This document shows, piece by piece, positions 37,739 to 51,439 of a DNA stretch of 63,903 bases. The translations under genes were made by a program, and so were the position numbers. The notes below the pieces were generated by a model. The model was not told the origin of the DNA. It did no database searches and saw only the letters and a program-made list of their open reading frames with translations. Position 1 is the stretch's first letter, and each line of letters begins with the position of its first letter. The stretch comes from Carcharhinus longimanus. Taxonomy: Eukaryota. Location of the stretch: NCBI GenBank assembly GCA_030264375.1, contig JASCQW010000098.1:25807285-25871187 (forward strand). The letters run 5' to 3'.

Positions 37739-40489
37739 CAAGTGCCATAAAAATCTGAAAACAGGACTGTTCCACACTGATTCTTGGGCAGGTTCAGCAC
37801 TGCAATCATCTCACACTGGGAGCTAGGCACCACAAGTAGTGGGTGGAGTATAAGTACACCAGAGACGCCAACATCTGTGCTTGGGCATCATTGCATAAGG
37901 TGCCCTGATCACAGGTGAACTAGAAGATTCATCCCACCTGTCCCTACCCCCTCATGGACATCAAACCCCTGACTCCACTATTCACCCTTATCATTGGTGA
38001 TGGTGTCACCCCCACTGGTTNNNNNNNNNNNNNNNNNNNNNNNNNNNNNNNNNNNNNNNNNNNNNNNNNNNNNNNNNNNNNNNNNNNNNNNNNNNNAGCT
38101 CCCCTCTGCATAAGGCCCTCCCACATATCATAGATCCATCCCCACTCTGGCCACACCCCAACCCAGGCCCCACTCCCTTTGCACTGCCGCAGCAAACTTA
38201 ATGGTGCCCAACCAGGCACTTTCAGGATGCCAGCCAGGCACTGCCAGATTGACTGCCCGATGGACACTCCCCAGCCATGTTCTCCATCACCCAGGGGCTT
38301 GAATAGCCTCCAATCCCAAGTGTGGCCTAGCACCTGGTCGTTGCCACTTATTTTCAGTGGTACAAAGTCTTACCAGCAAGGAAGAGAGCAGCCATGAGGG
38401 TGGAAGCAGCCATCCCAAATGCATAAAATACATTTGTATTAAAGCAATTGTATGCTAATAGACTTTGCACCCTTTCTGAGTGCATTCCCACCAGCAGAAC
38501 CAATCTGGGAAGATGCGAAACCAGTTCGCATCTGGCGTGAACTGGACTTTTGACATTGCACGCATTCTTCCTGGCAAGTCGTGCTGATCTACCAGCGCAC
38601 AAGCCAGTAATTCGCACCTTACGTTCTTGGGACTTTAACACAGGTCAAGCTTCCCAATAATCAATGTTTGTAAGCCCTGCTACATGTATTTGTATGTTAT
38701 GCATGCATGTTAAAAGGCTAGCTCACCTGAATTAAGAGCCCCCTCCAAGCTAAGTTCTCTGCCAGCAAGAAATTCAAAAGTTTACATTTATGACTACGTA
38801 TAAGTGATATGCACTTGCGCGAGGTAGATTATTCATGATTACCGATGAGTAGCCATGGCATTTTTCTCTTTGGCTAGCATCTGTAAATATCAGCCTATGC
38901 TCGAGACCAGGTGGTGGTAGTACAAATTGTGTGGGGATGACCAAGGGAGGAAAGAAGGCAGGCAGACTTAACAGGATTGGTGGAACAGTGGCTGGACCAG
39001 GTGAAAGGAATAGCAGAAAAGGGTGGAGCAGTGGACGGATAAGACAGACAAGGTTGGTGAGGTTGTCTGCAGAGAGATAGTGCAGGTTGTCCATTGTCAA
39101 AAGAGGCAGGCTTATGTGCTGAAGTGGGTATTGGCCATGCTTTTAGTTATGGAAGGAGCTGCCTGGGTGGTGATAAAGGCAGAGAAAACATCAAAAGTAT
39201 GATGCCGTGAATGTCGAGCTTTGGGTTCTGAGGGTTAAGATTAAGATACTTGGAAGCCGAGGGTAAGGTCATGGTGACGGTGATGGGGGAGAGGAGGAAC
39301 TGGGAAGGTGGCAGTGGCAGGGTCACAGTCAGGTGCCATATGGTATCATGGGGTCAGTCAAGGAAAGTCGGATTAACAGGGGCTTCAGGGACAGAAGGGG
39401 TCAGAGTCAGAATGTGTATCTGCTCTTGGATGGTTAAGGGCTTAATAAGGAAAGCAGAGATTGAGGCACAAAGCAATGTAAGGTCAAGGGTAACGGAGGA
39501 AGGTGCAAGGTGAAAAGGAGCATATGAAGGTGTTGGTGAGGAAGATGATGGGAGCTTTTTGGGTGAGTAGAATGGGCTGGATCTTCACCAATATAAGACG
39601 CACATCACTGTTTTACTTGCTATATCACAATGCAGTCCCACGGTGACAGCCAGGACTCAATGGGATGAGTGTCTTCAGCAATGGCTAGTGTTACTGGTAT
39701 ACTTAGTCTGCCAACTAAAGGAGCACCCTGATAACCACTAGTCAACTTGGTACAGGGCCATGCTTAGGTGTGTTCTTATCTCTATGGTCAAAGCCCCAAG
39801 ACAGCTGCATTCCTCCATAACTCATGGGTCTCATTGCAGCATAATTCCAGGGAAGTCTGGAGCAATGATGGAGTTTGATCGGAAGGCAATCTCCTGTTGA
39901 CTGAGGCAGGGACATCCAAAATGACAGAGGAAAGCGGAGCTCCACATGTCCCAGGTGAGGGATGGTCCCAATCTGCCAGTTAGAGTCTGGAGGCACGTGG
40001 ATAGATAATAATGGTGGATAAGGAGGTGAATGTTATGTCTCCAATACCAAGTGCAAAGTTTATTAAAAGTGTCAAGAGTTTTGGAGGGTATCTAAATACT
40101 GTTTGAGTAAGGGTGCACATTATTTTAATGACCCCAATTCAGTGACATATATCCATGCACATGGATGTCTGAATGAGAGGAGCACTCATCTGTGGTCCTC
40201 CAATATAGGCTGGAGAGTGGTAATGGAGAGGGTTTGCAGGGGTAGATTGATGTTAGGTACCAGCCTCACGTTAACGGAATTAGTCAGGAATGGAGGGAAA
40301 ATTTCAAAGTGTGATGACTACATGGGTCACAGTGTTGACAAAGCACCTCATGCATACCGGATAAATATTGAAGGCAACATTGCTGCTTTGCTAGCAATGG
40401 TAAAACTGACAAGGAACTGGCACAGAGTGGCCTAGTGCCAGGAACAGTAAAGCCAAAGTAATAAGAAGCAGCAGCTGCAGAAGCCACTC

Positions 40490-41280
40490 TCATCATCTCT
40501 GTCCTAAACTGTCTAACACAGTAAGAAGACTCACAACACCAGGTTAAAGTCCAACCGGTTTAAACTGGCTGGACTTTAACCTGGTGTTGTGAGACTTCTT
40601 ACTGTGTTTACTCCAGTCCAATGCCAGCATCTCTACATCTAAAGTGTCTACCCATTATCCTCAGACTGTGACCCCTGGTTCTGGACACCTCCATCATCTG
40701 GAATGTCCTCCTTGCATCTATACTGTCTAGTTCTGTTAGAATTTTGTAGGTTTCTATGAGATTCCCTCTCATTCTTATGAACTTCAATGAATACAATCCT
40801 AACTGACTCAATCTCCCCTCATACATCAGTTCTGCCATCCCAAGAATCAGTCTGATAAACCTTTTATGCAATCCCTCTCGAACAAGAACATCCTGCTGCA
40901 GATAAGGAGTCCAAAACTGCACACAATATTTCAGGTCTGGCCTCATCCAGACCCTGCATAACTCTGTACTTGAATCCTCTTGCTATGAAGGCCAACATAC
41001 CATTTGACTTTTTTACTGCCTGCTGCACCTGAGTGACTAATGAACGAGATACCCCAGGTCTCACTGCTCATTTCCCTCACCTAGTTTATGGTCAATCAGA
41101 TAGTAATCTGCCTTCCCATTTTTGCTACCAAAGTGGATAACCTCATATTTTCTCAAATTATGCTGTGTCTGTCAATCATTTGCCCACTCACTCAACTGTC
41201 CAAATCACAGTAAAGGATCTCTGCATCCTCCTCACCTCCCACCCAACTTTGTGCCACCTGCAAATTTGGAGATATTATAG
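40490..41280 (-). mobile_element. CR1 fragment
   Basis: RPDLKYCVQFWTPYLQQDV, LGLYSLKFIRMRGNLIETYKIL. Confidence 0.9.
40516..40638. mobile_element. Penelope-derived palindromic micro-insertion
   Basis: PLE terminal module in both orientations; 12-bp TSD ctaaa(c/g)tgtcta. Confidence 0.8.
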
Positions 41281-42834
41281 CCTCATTTAAATCAGTAATA
41301 CAGGTACCTGGAGCGGAGAAGAAAAATAATTAATGGACGCTTAAACAGGTTCACTTATTAAAACAATATCTCAATGCCAATGCATCTAACAAATTCAGAC
41401 TGGAGGCAGCCCCAGTGACTTTCTGGTGGGAGGACTGGTGGGAGCTGTGGTTTGGGGGTGGATTCCAGTCTTGCCTTCAGCATCCACAAGTTCATACTCT
41501 TCCCAGCCTAGTCCAATGGCTTTCTCTTCAAATGTGGTGAGGAATCTGAAGTCTTGGCCCCTCCGCTGTTGTGAGTTCGCTTGTTCTCTAGCCAGACAGA
41601 AGGATTGAATGGCAACCTAATCAGTACATGACCAGTTTGGAACAAACATACCAATGTTAGCTCCTGAGCGCTCCCCGGTAAATGACTTACAAGCAGATGC
41701 CTTGCAACTGATAAAACATTGAGGGAATGAAATGGCTGCCACACATTCAGTGCACATGCTGCCGAATCCTGCAGTCTAAACCTCTTTCTGACAATCCCCT
41801 GTATTTGCACACTTACATTGCCTGATGACCTAATCACTTTGAAGTGAGTAGACTTCATTTACCATGGTGGAGGGCATCAGTTCATTCATCCTCTTACTGC
41901 TGGGTGGTTGTTTTGTGGACCCACATGGGTGCTAACCTGCACTGCAATTTCAGTCCAAGCTGCCATACTCAGATGGAGGATCTCCTGGCATCTCTGGAAA
42001 ATGGAACCTCCCAATCTTCCTGGACAGCCTGGAGGAGAATCTGCAGGGAAGCATCACTGAACCATGGGGCCATGTGTTGTCTGCTCTGGGAATTCTAGAT
42101 GAATAATCTAGAGCTCCTGGCTTGCAGTGAGTGAACAGCTGTACAATAGCCCTTTAAATTTGGTGGCAGGATATTAAACCACCTGAGGTAAAGATGGAGA
42201 CAGCAACTTCCTACCTGCCCCCACTGCAAGATTCTCCAAGCTTCTCATGTATGCATATGTAATGTATATGTATGTAATGTAATGTATATGAACAACACAA
42301 GATCATGCATGGCCAACCGTCCTGCCCCCATGCGCAATTCACTCATTTCTGCCACCAAACCTAATACAGAAGATGCCACCCAAGTTGTTCATAAAATATA
42401 AGGAAGGAAAGAAAAGAGGAGGAGGAGGAGTGGTATTGATTAAAAAGAGAGGATGTCACAGGAACGTCAAGGACAGAATCAATTTAGTTAGAGCTAAGAA
42501 ACGATAAACATACTATCACATTGCCAGGTGTATTCTTTAGGCCACCACCTATGGGAAAGATGCAGAGAAGCAGATTTCCTTGAAAATTACAGGGAGTTGC
42601 AAGGATTATCGGTCAGAATTTTGCACACACTGTGTGCCTGGACATTGGTGCAGCACTGCCAATGCAGGTGGGAGCTGGGTCTAATGGGGACCAAAAGGGG
42701 GAGAGGAGGTGGGTTTAAAAACTGCACATGCAGCTCCCTGAAGTTGTTGAGAACTCTCTGGGAGCTGTCCACTAGAGTCTAAAATCTAGTAGCATATATG
42801 GCCTCAGCAGTTGCTGAGTGGGTCAAGCAGGCGG

Positions 42835-44430
42835 GGCACTCTGCCCCATGATTCTCTGAGTGCCTGCACATTCTTGAGGAGGCCATGAGTCTGGACATGA
42901 TGTTCTTATCCTGCAGGATGGCAAGAGGAAGCCACTTCACCAGATGAAGAAGGCCTGGATTGAGCTGGCTGCCCAGGTGAGTGGGCATGATGTAGTATAT
43001 TACACATGGATCCAGCGCTGTGAAAAGTTCAATCATCTTCTGCAATCTGCAAGGGTGATACTGACTTTGCATGGAATTGTGTATAGATGTCTTGGAGGGT
43101 AGCATTTCATCATGGCACTCAGGTTGTGAGATGAAGTGTGCCAAATGGCACATATTCCTGTGCCATCCAAGGCTGGAAGATGTATCTGCTTTAATTGTGT
43201 GTATAGAAGAGTAAGGTATGCTGGCTGACCTGTGGCTTGGTGGAGGGCAGGAGAAAATGGTCAGTGAGGAGACAAGTCTGGTATGGTGTTGCATGTAGAG
43301 GCTGGACTAACGAATGCACAGGAGAAGAACAGCCATAATGTGCTGGAGCACACACAAACACCAACATCTTAATCCTCTCCAGGATTGAGATAGATGCCCA
43401 GGACATGGAATGTGAGCAAGGAGCAAATTCCACAGGTCATGGAGAAGCAGGGGTCTCAGAGGATGGTAAGAGTCCAATGGACAGATAAAAGATTGAGGGA
43501 GTGAGCAAGAAATGTAGGGTTGTGGCATCTGCAGTAAGAAGTTAAAATCCTGAGTACCCATTGATGGTCCAATCACAATGCATCAGAGAGCAGTTGTCCT
43601 TTGTAATAAGCAACCATTGTGTACGCACTGTCATCTGATAATGATGCTTGCAACTGACATATTCTATTCCTCCCTTAGATGTGCCATTCTCACAGTGCAC
43701 CACACATCCAAGGACCCTTCTTGATCCTGAGAAGGAGTCGCTAACTCGTGTGCCCATGTCAAATCCTCTCTTTCAAGCAACCATACAGGCATGTTGATAG
43801 GCAATAGCGGGTCACCTCAGTTGGTAGTGTACAGTGGTAAAGGCACAGTACACTGAAGTGAGGAGCTGACAGAGGCAGAAAGTGCCAAGGGTGCAAGCAG
43901 TCAGAAGACTGCTGGAGACCAGGACCATGTTAAATCCAAGACTGGTGATGAAGCCTCGGGATTGGACATCAAACAGCAGATGCAGCAGTATGTGCATGAA
44001 GATCGTCAGTGACCCCTGAAGGTCTGCATGTCATGATCTCTGTCTTGGAGGAGTCCATGCTTAGCACGAACTTTGAATCAGAGCTCCAAGCACGCTACTT
44101 CTTCCATTGAGAGAGTGGAGACTGTCATGGAAAGGCAGCCCCAGCAACAAAATCATGGCTTTCTGGAGCTGCACTCAGAGCTGCAAGTTCACACATTGGC
44201 AGCGATCTTAGTAGGTAATGCTGGTGGATGAGCTTAACGTTGCTCATGCTGATCCAAATGAAGGCAGCAGCTCTTCTGCCCCTCTATCAGTGCCTGTGGC
44301 ATCTGATAGGCTTCAAAGACTGAGGGGTACCCAGCCATAAGGAGCTGGACACTCGTTACCAGGCAGTGTCTGCACAGGCTGTGCTGGCTAGACAACATCT
44401 ACCAAGGTCATTACTCCAATGCTTGTGCCA
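42835..44430 (+). pseudogene. Harbinger Myb/SANT-like DNA-binding gene remnant (spliced)
   Basis: DGKRKPLHQMKKAWIELAAQV..TWIQRCEKFNHLLQSAR, then a donor; acceptor cacag|GAGAAG (EKNSHN). Confidence 0.65.
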
Positions 44431-44849
44431 GTGAATGGGGGGCGGTGGCAGCAGTGTTGGGCACACCAAGACACATCACTCATTAGCGGAACTGTAGGCA
44501 CTGTAAACATAGTTGTCTTCACTGGTGATATAACTTTAGTTGGTATGTCCTATATTCAAAATATGTTATGGCCATTATTTAAAGACATTGGGGTGAATTG
44601 ATCTGCTTGTCATGACAATTGTGGTGAGCAAGGGGCAGATCATGGAGAGGTCCATTGACCTTGGACAGCATTTTCTGGTTTCAGGGTGAGCATGGCCAGA
44701 AAATTCCACCCACCATGTGTCATGTCCTGAATGTGCTTCATGGTTTTCATTGGTGCTGAACATTGGAGTGGCTTGTGACATATGGAAAACATTGCAAATT
44801 TTACTTCAGGGGTAGTAACTTGACATAAGCTCACAGGATGGCTTCATCA

Positions 44850-46100
44850 GGAGCAATCATTAAAGACGCCTTCATCCCTTGCCCTCATCTTCAAGCCATG
44901 CCTTGGACACTTGGATACCAGAGAATCCTTGGTTAATTTGCCACCTAGAAGGTTCCTCACTTCTGCATCCATGTCCTCATTCTGGGGCTCCTCTGCGTCC
45001 TTATCAGACCCATCATTTGAGTCGTCCTCTGTGGCCGACACGTACTCTAATGCGTCTCCCCCCTTGACAGAGCCAGAGTGTGCAGAGTGCTGAGCACAAC
45101 AACAAAAGTGAAACCCTTCTGGAGGATGTTGCAGTGCTGATCCTGATTAGTCCAGGCAGCAGAACCTTGTCTTGAGCAGCCTAATGGTCCCTTCAATTAT
45201 TGCCCTTGTAGAGGGATGCCTTTTATTGTACCTCTTCTCAGCTTTGTCCTTGGATGCCAAATTAGTGTTATGAGCCACCTTTTCAGTGGGTAGCCTTTGT
45301 CACCCAGGAACCAACTGAGCTGGAGTGATTAAAAGCTTTGGCACCTGGGAGAGTCACAGGATGTACACATCATGAGGGCTGCCAGGATCTCTGGCACAGA
45401 TTGAAAAATCTGTGTTTTGTATACACAAACAATCTGGATATTCATGGAGTGGAACCCATTTGTATTGACGAAAGCACCTAGCTCACCTGCCAGCACCTTT
45501 TATGGCCAAATGTATGACATTTCTGGCACGCAGGATGTCAGGAAACCCAACAATTGCAGTGAAGCCTCTGACTTGCTTAGCCTCGCTGGCATCATTAGCC
45601 AGAAATGAATGAAGTTCATGACCTTTCTGAATAGCGTGTCAGTGACCAACTTGATGCACCTGTGGGCAATAGACTGGGAAACACAGAATAGATCTCCCAT
45701 TGACTTTTGGAAATAACCAAAGACGTAAAAGTTCAGGGCCAGTGTAATCATAAGGGCCTCAGGCATTGTGTGCCACCTGCACAGTTTGAGACGATCTCTG
45801 GGCCTACTATCTGGCATATGGAAGTAATAATGTCACTAGAGAGACAGTATTTCCTTCGGTACTGGACCTCAGACATGTTAAGGTAATTGGAGTGCTGCTT
45901 GTAAACAATGCTTGCAGGATAATGGCATCTTCTGTGGATCATTCTGCCTTGCAGTTCCTGCTGGACCCCTGGCTCCACCTCTCTTCCCACCCATCACTCT
46001 CTGGGATGCTGCCTGCAAACATCAGCCCTCTTCTTCCTTCTGGCCCTCTCCTCCTCTTCAGAGGAGGTCTCTCCAGCAGAGTAGACAATCCTCATTTGCT
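44850..46100 (-). pseudogene. Harbinger DDE transposase remnant
   Basis: ITLALNFYVFGYFQKSMGDLFCVSQSIAHRCIKLVT; FVNTNGFHSMNIQIVC; WFLGDKGYPL; acidic C-tail. Confidence 0.85.
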
Positions 46101-49100
46101 GGAATATAGATGCCACAGAATTGTGTACTGAAGATTGCACTTACAGAATCACAGAATACTACAGTGCAGAAGAGGCCCTTCAGCCCATCAAGTCTGCACC
46201 GACACACAAAATGCCCAATCTTCCCCACTTAATCCCACTTGTCAGCACTTATAGAATCACAGAATTTAGCAGGAAGTCGCTAAGAAAGCTTGCAAGCCAG
46301 AGTCTTCCTGAAAACAAGATCTATCAGTGATCTATCAGAAAACCACTTGCAAACAATTCTCATCTAAACTCCTAATCTACCCATAATGCCACAGCTTTGG
46401 TTGATTTTTATCCCTCCCTGGATTGAATTTGAATTAAAAACAGGATGACCTTCTGCCCATGTGTCCCATGTGCCAACCGCAAAATCCATGTAAAATTTAC
46501 ATGAGCCATGTAAAATTCAAGACAAATGCTTTTTTAATGGGCTGAATTGACCTTTTAATTGTCAGCGGGCATGTGCACTTGCTGAACATAATGTGGCGCA
46601 ATGAAATGATGACATTGGGATGCTCACCCAACATCTTGTAGATTGACTCCACGCATGCCCTGTGACTGATATTCTGGCCATTGAGTAGTTATAATAGAGG
46701 ATTTTAATTATCCTCATATAAACTGGGATAGTAACAGTGTAAAAGGCAGAGAGGGGCAAGAGTTACCACAGGATATTCAGGAGAATTTTCTGCATCAGTA
46801 TGTTTCTAGTCCAATGAAGAAGGAGGCATTGCTAGATCACGTTCCAGGGAATGAGGTAGGTAAGATGGATCAAATGCCATTTGGAAATATGTCTCAGATG
46901 ATGGCCATTATATAAGGTTTAGGTTGGTTATGGACAAAGTCAAGGAGCAAACCAGGATAAGAGTGATTAATTTGGGGAAAGAACAACTTCAGCAAAGTGA
47001 GAACCAATCCAGCCTAGCTGAAACAGAATCAAAGATTGCCAAGAAAAATTGTAATTGAGCAATAAGCCTTGAAAGAGGGGATTGCTCATGTACAATCAAT
47101 GTACCTTTCCATGAGGAGTAAAGATAGGGAAAGTAAGTCAGCTGCTACATGAATGTCGAAAGACAGTAAATTGAAACAGAAAAAGGTTGCATATGACTAA
47201 TATCAATTGGATAACATTGAATCGGTGGAGTGAAAAAAACAAGTAAGAAAAACAGACAGAATATGAGATGTGAATGGCACCTAAAATGAAAGGAAATCCA
47301 AAAGTCTGTTATAGTCATATACATGGGAAAACAGTGATAAAGAAAGGAAGAGGCCTATTATGAACTTAAAAGGAATGTATGCATGGAGGCAGAGGGCATG
47401 ACTGAGGTACTAAATGAACACTTCATTTGTCTAATCAAGTAAGAAGCTATTTCCCAAAGTAAAGTGAAAATAGGTAGCTGAGACTGCCATTGGAATCACT
47501 CGATCACACTGAAGCCCTACTGAATACCCTGTCGCCTTCCCACAGCACCTTTCAATGCAAGGTGGCATGCTGGCACTGTAGTTAGCACTGCTGCCTCACA
47601 GCACCAGGAACATAAGAACATAAGAAATAGGAGCAGGAGTAGGCCATCTGGCCCTTCGAGCCTGCCCCACCATTCAATAAGATCNNNNNNNNNNNNNNNN
47701 NNNNNNNNNNNNNNNNNNNNNNNNNNNNNNNNNNNNNNNNNNNNNNNNNNNNNNNNNNNNNNNNNNNNNNNNNNNNNNNNNNNNACTCCTCTTCTCGCCC
47801 ACTACTCTTAGCTACTCTAAATTCCTCCGCTTTTAATTTAACACTTTCGGGTTCAATTTCAGTGTCGGTCATTGTCTATGTGGAGATTGCACATTCTCTC
47901 CATGTCTGTGTGGGTTTTCTCCGGATACTCAAATGCCACAACCCGAGATAAAATAAATATAAACTTAGAAAAAGAAATTAATACTAGGCAGTCAACATGG
48001 TTTTGTCAATGGTAAGTCATGTCTAACAAATTTATCTGAGTTTTTCAGCAAGGTGACTCAGGCAGTGGGTGAGGATAGTGCCATGGATGTTGTATATTTG
48101 CACTGTCAGGAAACATTTGATATGGTGCCACACGGCAGATTGGTTAGCAAATTAAAAACGTATGGGATTGATGGGCCTATGGCAGCATGGATTAAAAGTT
48201 GGCTAAGAGGTAGGAAACATAAGTTAAATATAGATGGGCATTTGTCAGACTGAAGACAAGTTGAAACTGGTGTTCCTCAGGGATCAGTGTTGGAACCCTT
48301 GCTTTTTCTGATTGATACAAATGATTTAGAGATGGATGTTGAGGGCAAAATCTCCAAATTTGCAGATAATGCTAAGCCAGGGAGAATAGTGAATTGTGAG
48401 GATGATCCTCAGTGACATCAGAGGAAAAATGACAAGTTGGCCAAATGGGCAGATAACTAGCAGATAAAATTAAATGCAGCAAAATGTGAGACAATGCATT
48501 TTGGCAGACAAAACATGGGGAGACAATACAGGCTCAATGATACAACTCTGAGGAATGTACAAGAGCAAAGGGACACTGGGGTTCAAGTGCTTAATTCTCT
48601 GAAGGTGGTCAGGCAAATTGAACCAGTTGTTAAGAAGGCTTAAAGGATCCTTGGGTTTACAAATAAGAGGCATAGAATACAAAAGCAAGGATGTGATGTC
48701 ACACTTCTACAAATTATTGGTCAGACCACATTAGGACTATTGTGTTCAGTTCTGGGCACCTTATTTAAGGAACGATGTTAAAGCCCTAGAGAGAGTGCAA
48801 AGGAGATTTATTAGAATGACACCAGGAATGAGGAATTTTAAATACAAGGAAAGGTTAGAGAAATAGGGTTTTCAGAGAAGATTAAGATGTGACTTTTTGA
48901 TGCATTCAAAATTATGAACATTTTTGACAAGGGTAAGGAAGACATTCTGGTATGTCAGTGACTAAGGGTTCACAATTTCAAGATAGTCAACAGGAGAACT
49001 AGGAATGAGATCAGGCTAAACTTCTTTACTCAGAGAATTGTTGGGATCTGGAATGCCCTGCTGGGGAGAGTGGTGGAGGCAGATGCCATAGGAGGTTTCA

Positions 49101-50919
49101 AAAGCAAGTTGGATACATATTTGAAATTTAGAGAGCTACGGAGAAGAAGACTGAGAGAAGACTGGAAAAGAAGAAGACTGGAGAAGGGGACTAGCTTGAT
49201 AGCTCTTTCAGGAGCTAGGGCAGACATAATGGGCCGAATGGCTTCCTTCTGTGCTGTAAAATTCTATGATTCCACAAATAACCTAAACAAACTAGATAGC
49301 AGAGGCATTACTACATATATGTAATAATTCATTAGAAAAGGGTATAGTGTCAAAGGGCTAGTGAACAGCTAATATAATTCCTAGAGTTTAAAATGGGACA
49401 GAAAATGCACGGTATTTATAGAATAGTCATTTTAAAATCTGTGATTTTAATAATAAAATCCCAACCAAAGGAAATAATAGAAGTATATCTGAAAAATAAA
49501 AATATGATAATAAATAATCAAGATTTCAAAAGGTAACATCTTATTGGCCAACCCCCTTGAGTTTTTTGAGGCAGTTATAGAGTACAGACAATGGTCATGC
49601 AGTTGAGGTAATTTATCTTTTCAAAAAGATTTTCAAAAGACTTTCATTAAGGTGGCCCTTAATAGATTAATTAATAAGTTTGGACAATGTGGAGTCAGGG
49701 GACAAGTCACAGAATAGTCTTCTAACTTGTTTCAAGATGGAAAGTAGATAGTGGGAGTAAAGGGAAAGCGGTAAGCAGTGTTACACAAGAATCAACGATG
49801 GGATCACAGCTGTTCACAATTTGCATTTACAATTTGGACTTTGGAATCAAAAACACAGTTTCTAAGATTTCAGATGACACTAACTTGGAGGCTGATCAAT
49901 AAAGAGGAAGACTGCAACAAATTACAAGAGGACATTATTAAATGTACAGAATGGGCAAGTAATTGGCAAATTAATTTGAACACAGATAAATGTGAATTAG
50001 TACATTTTGGTAGGAAGGTCACTTATTACTTGGAAAGTGCAAGTCTAAATGGGATTGAGGAACAAAGTGATCTCAATACAAATACAGAAGTCAATAAAAT
50101 TTGCCCCACATAGCAAGGTCACAAAAAAAAACAAACCAATAACGAGGCTACATTTCTAAACCAGTAGAATTAAAACATAGAGATGTTTAACTGTATTAAA
50201 CCTTTGTTCAACGACACAGAATACTGTATACCATCCTGAACCCCATATTATTAAAAGGGTCTAGAGGCACTGGAGTGGATGTAGGGAAGATTGACAAAGA
50301 TGCTAGTAAAATATGTGGGTGTATATATCAAGAAAGGATTGACAGGCTGGAGTTTTTTGTCTTGAAAGAAGAAGCCTGAGATATAACCTAATAGAGTTTA
50401 TTTTTAATTACTAAAGGTTTTGATAGTGTGGTTGCAGACAGAATTGGACCAGAACTTCCATGGGCTGGCATCACCGTTACGCTATCAAAACCTTTTGCCA
50501 ATTACTTGCCCATTCTGTACATTTAATAATGTCCTCTTGTAATTTATTTCAGTCTTTCTCATTATTAATCAGCCCCCAAGTTGGTGTCATTTGAAATCTT
50601 AGAAACTGTGTTTTTGATTCCAAAATCCAAATTGTAAATGTAAATTGTGAACAGTTGTGATCCCATCGCTGATTCTCGTGTAACACCGCTTACCACTTTT
50701 CCTTTACTCCCACCCTGGTACTTTATATTTAACTCAGTCTGCAGCTGCAGACTTCTCAACCAGACATCAGATCCAAGCCTGACGAGAAATGTGCAGAGTA
50801 CCTGGTTCCCGAATCCTTCCAGTGCACAGCAGTAGCAGATCCCTTTTTAAGGCAATAGCAGCCGTAAGCCAGGTAAGTTTTAAGGACTGAGCCACATTGA
50901 GAAGCCAGGGAGAAAGTAG

Positions 50920-51415
50920 GTGTTAGGATGGTCAGGCTTTAGGCCAGAATGAGGGCAGCATCAGGTGGTTAGGGGGTATCGGGGCAATTGAGTGATCAGG
51001 GGAGGTTGGTGGGGTGGTCAGGCAGAGGGTAGTCAGGGTGTCAGGGGTTTGGGAGGGTGGTCACTGAGTAGCAAGATATTTGAAGTAGGTGGGAGAGTAT
51101 TTGGGGTTTAGGCGGTTCGGGAGGGAAGCCAATGTGTCAAGAGGGTAGACAGGGTTTTGGATGGAGAGGCAGGGTGTTGGGAGTTTAGTCAGTTGTCAGG
51201 CAGGTAGTTGGTATGTTGTGAAGTTTGTCTGTGTGTTAGGAAGGTAGGCAGGGTGTCGGGAGGGGGATCAGGCAGTTGGGAGCATAGGTGGGGGTTGCTT
51301 GGGTCATTGGTGTCTTGGAAAGGTAGTTAGTGTGTCGGGAGGGTAGCCAGGGTGTCAGAAGGGGGTCAGGGTGTTGAGAGAGTAGTCAAGTATCAAAATG
51401 ATAGTTGTGGGTGGA
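50920..51415. repeat. G-rich degenerate repeat (gggtgtcgggagggtag-like)
   Basis: Recurrent GGG tracts in a ~20-nt unit; probably internal to a Harbinger derivative. Confidence 0.6.
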
Positions 51416-51439
51416 AATTAAAGATTGAGGGTAGAGAGG

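Larger units (their letters stand above)
42611..46679. mobile_element. Full-length decayed Harbinger transposon (~4.07 kb)
   Basis: TIR ggtcagaattt / atattctggcc; TSD atc/att; inserted in CR1; convergent Myb and transposase genes. Confidence 0.85.
42390..49272 (+). mobile_element. CR1 LINE segments (APE region split by a Harbinger; RT and 3' half at 47980-49272)
   Basis: APE sequence continues across the insertion; DVVYLHCQETFDMVPHGRL, GVPQGSVL, KFADN; tail attctatgattc. Confidence 0.8.
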
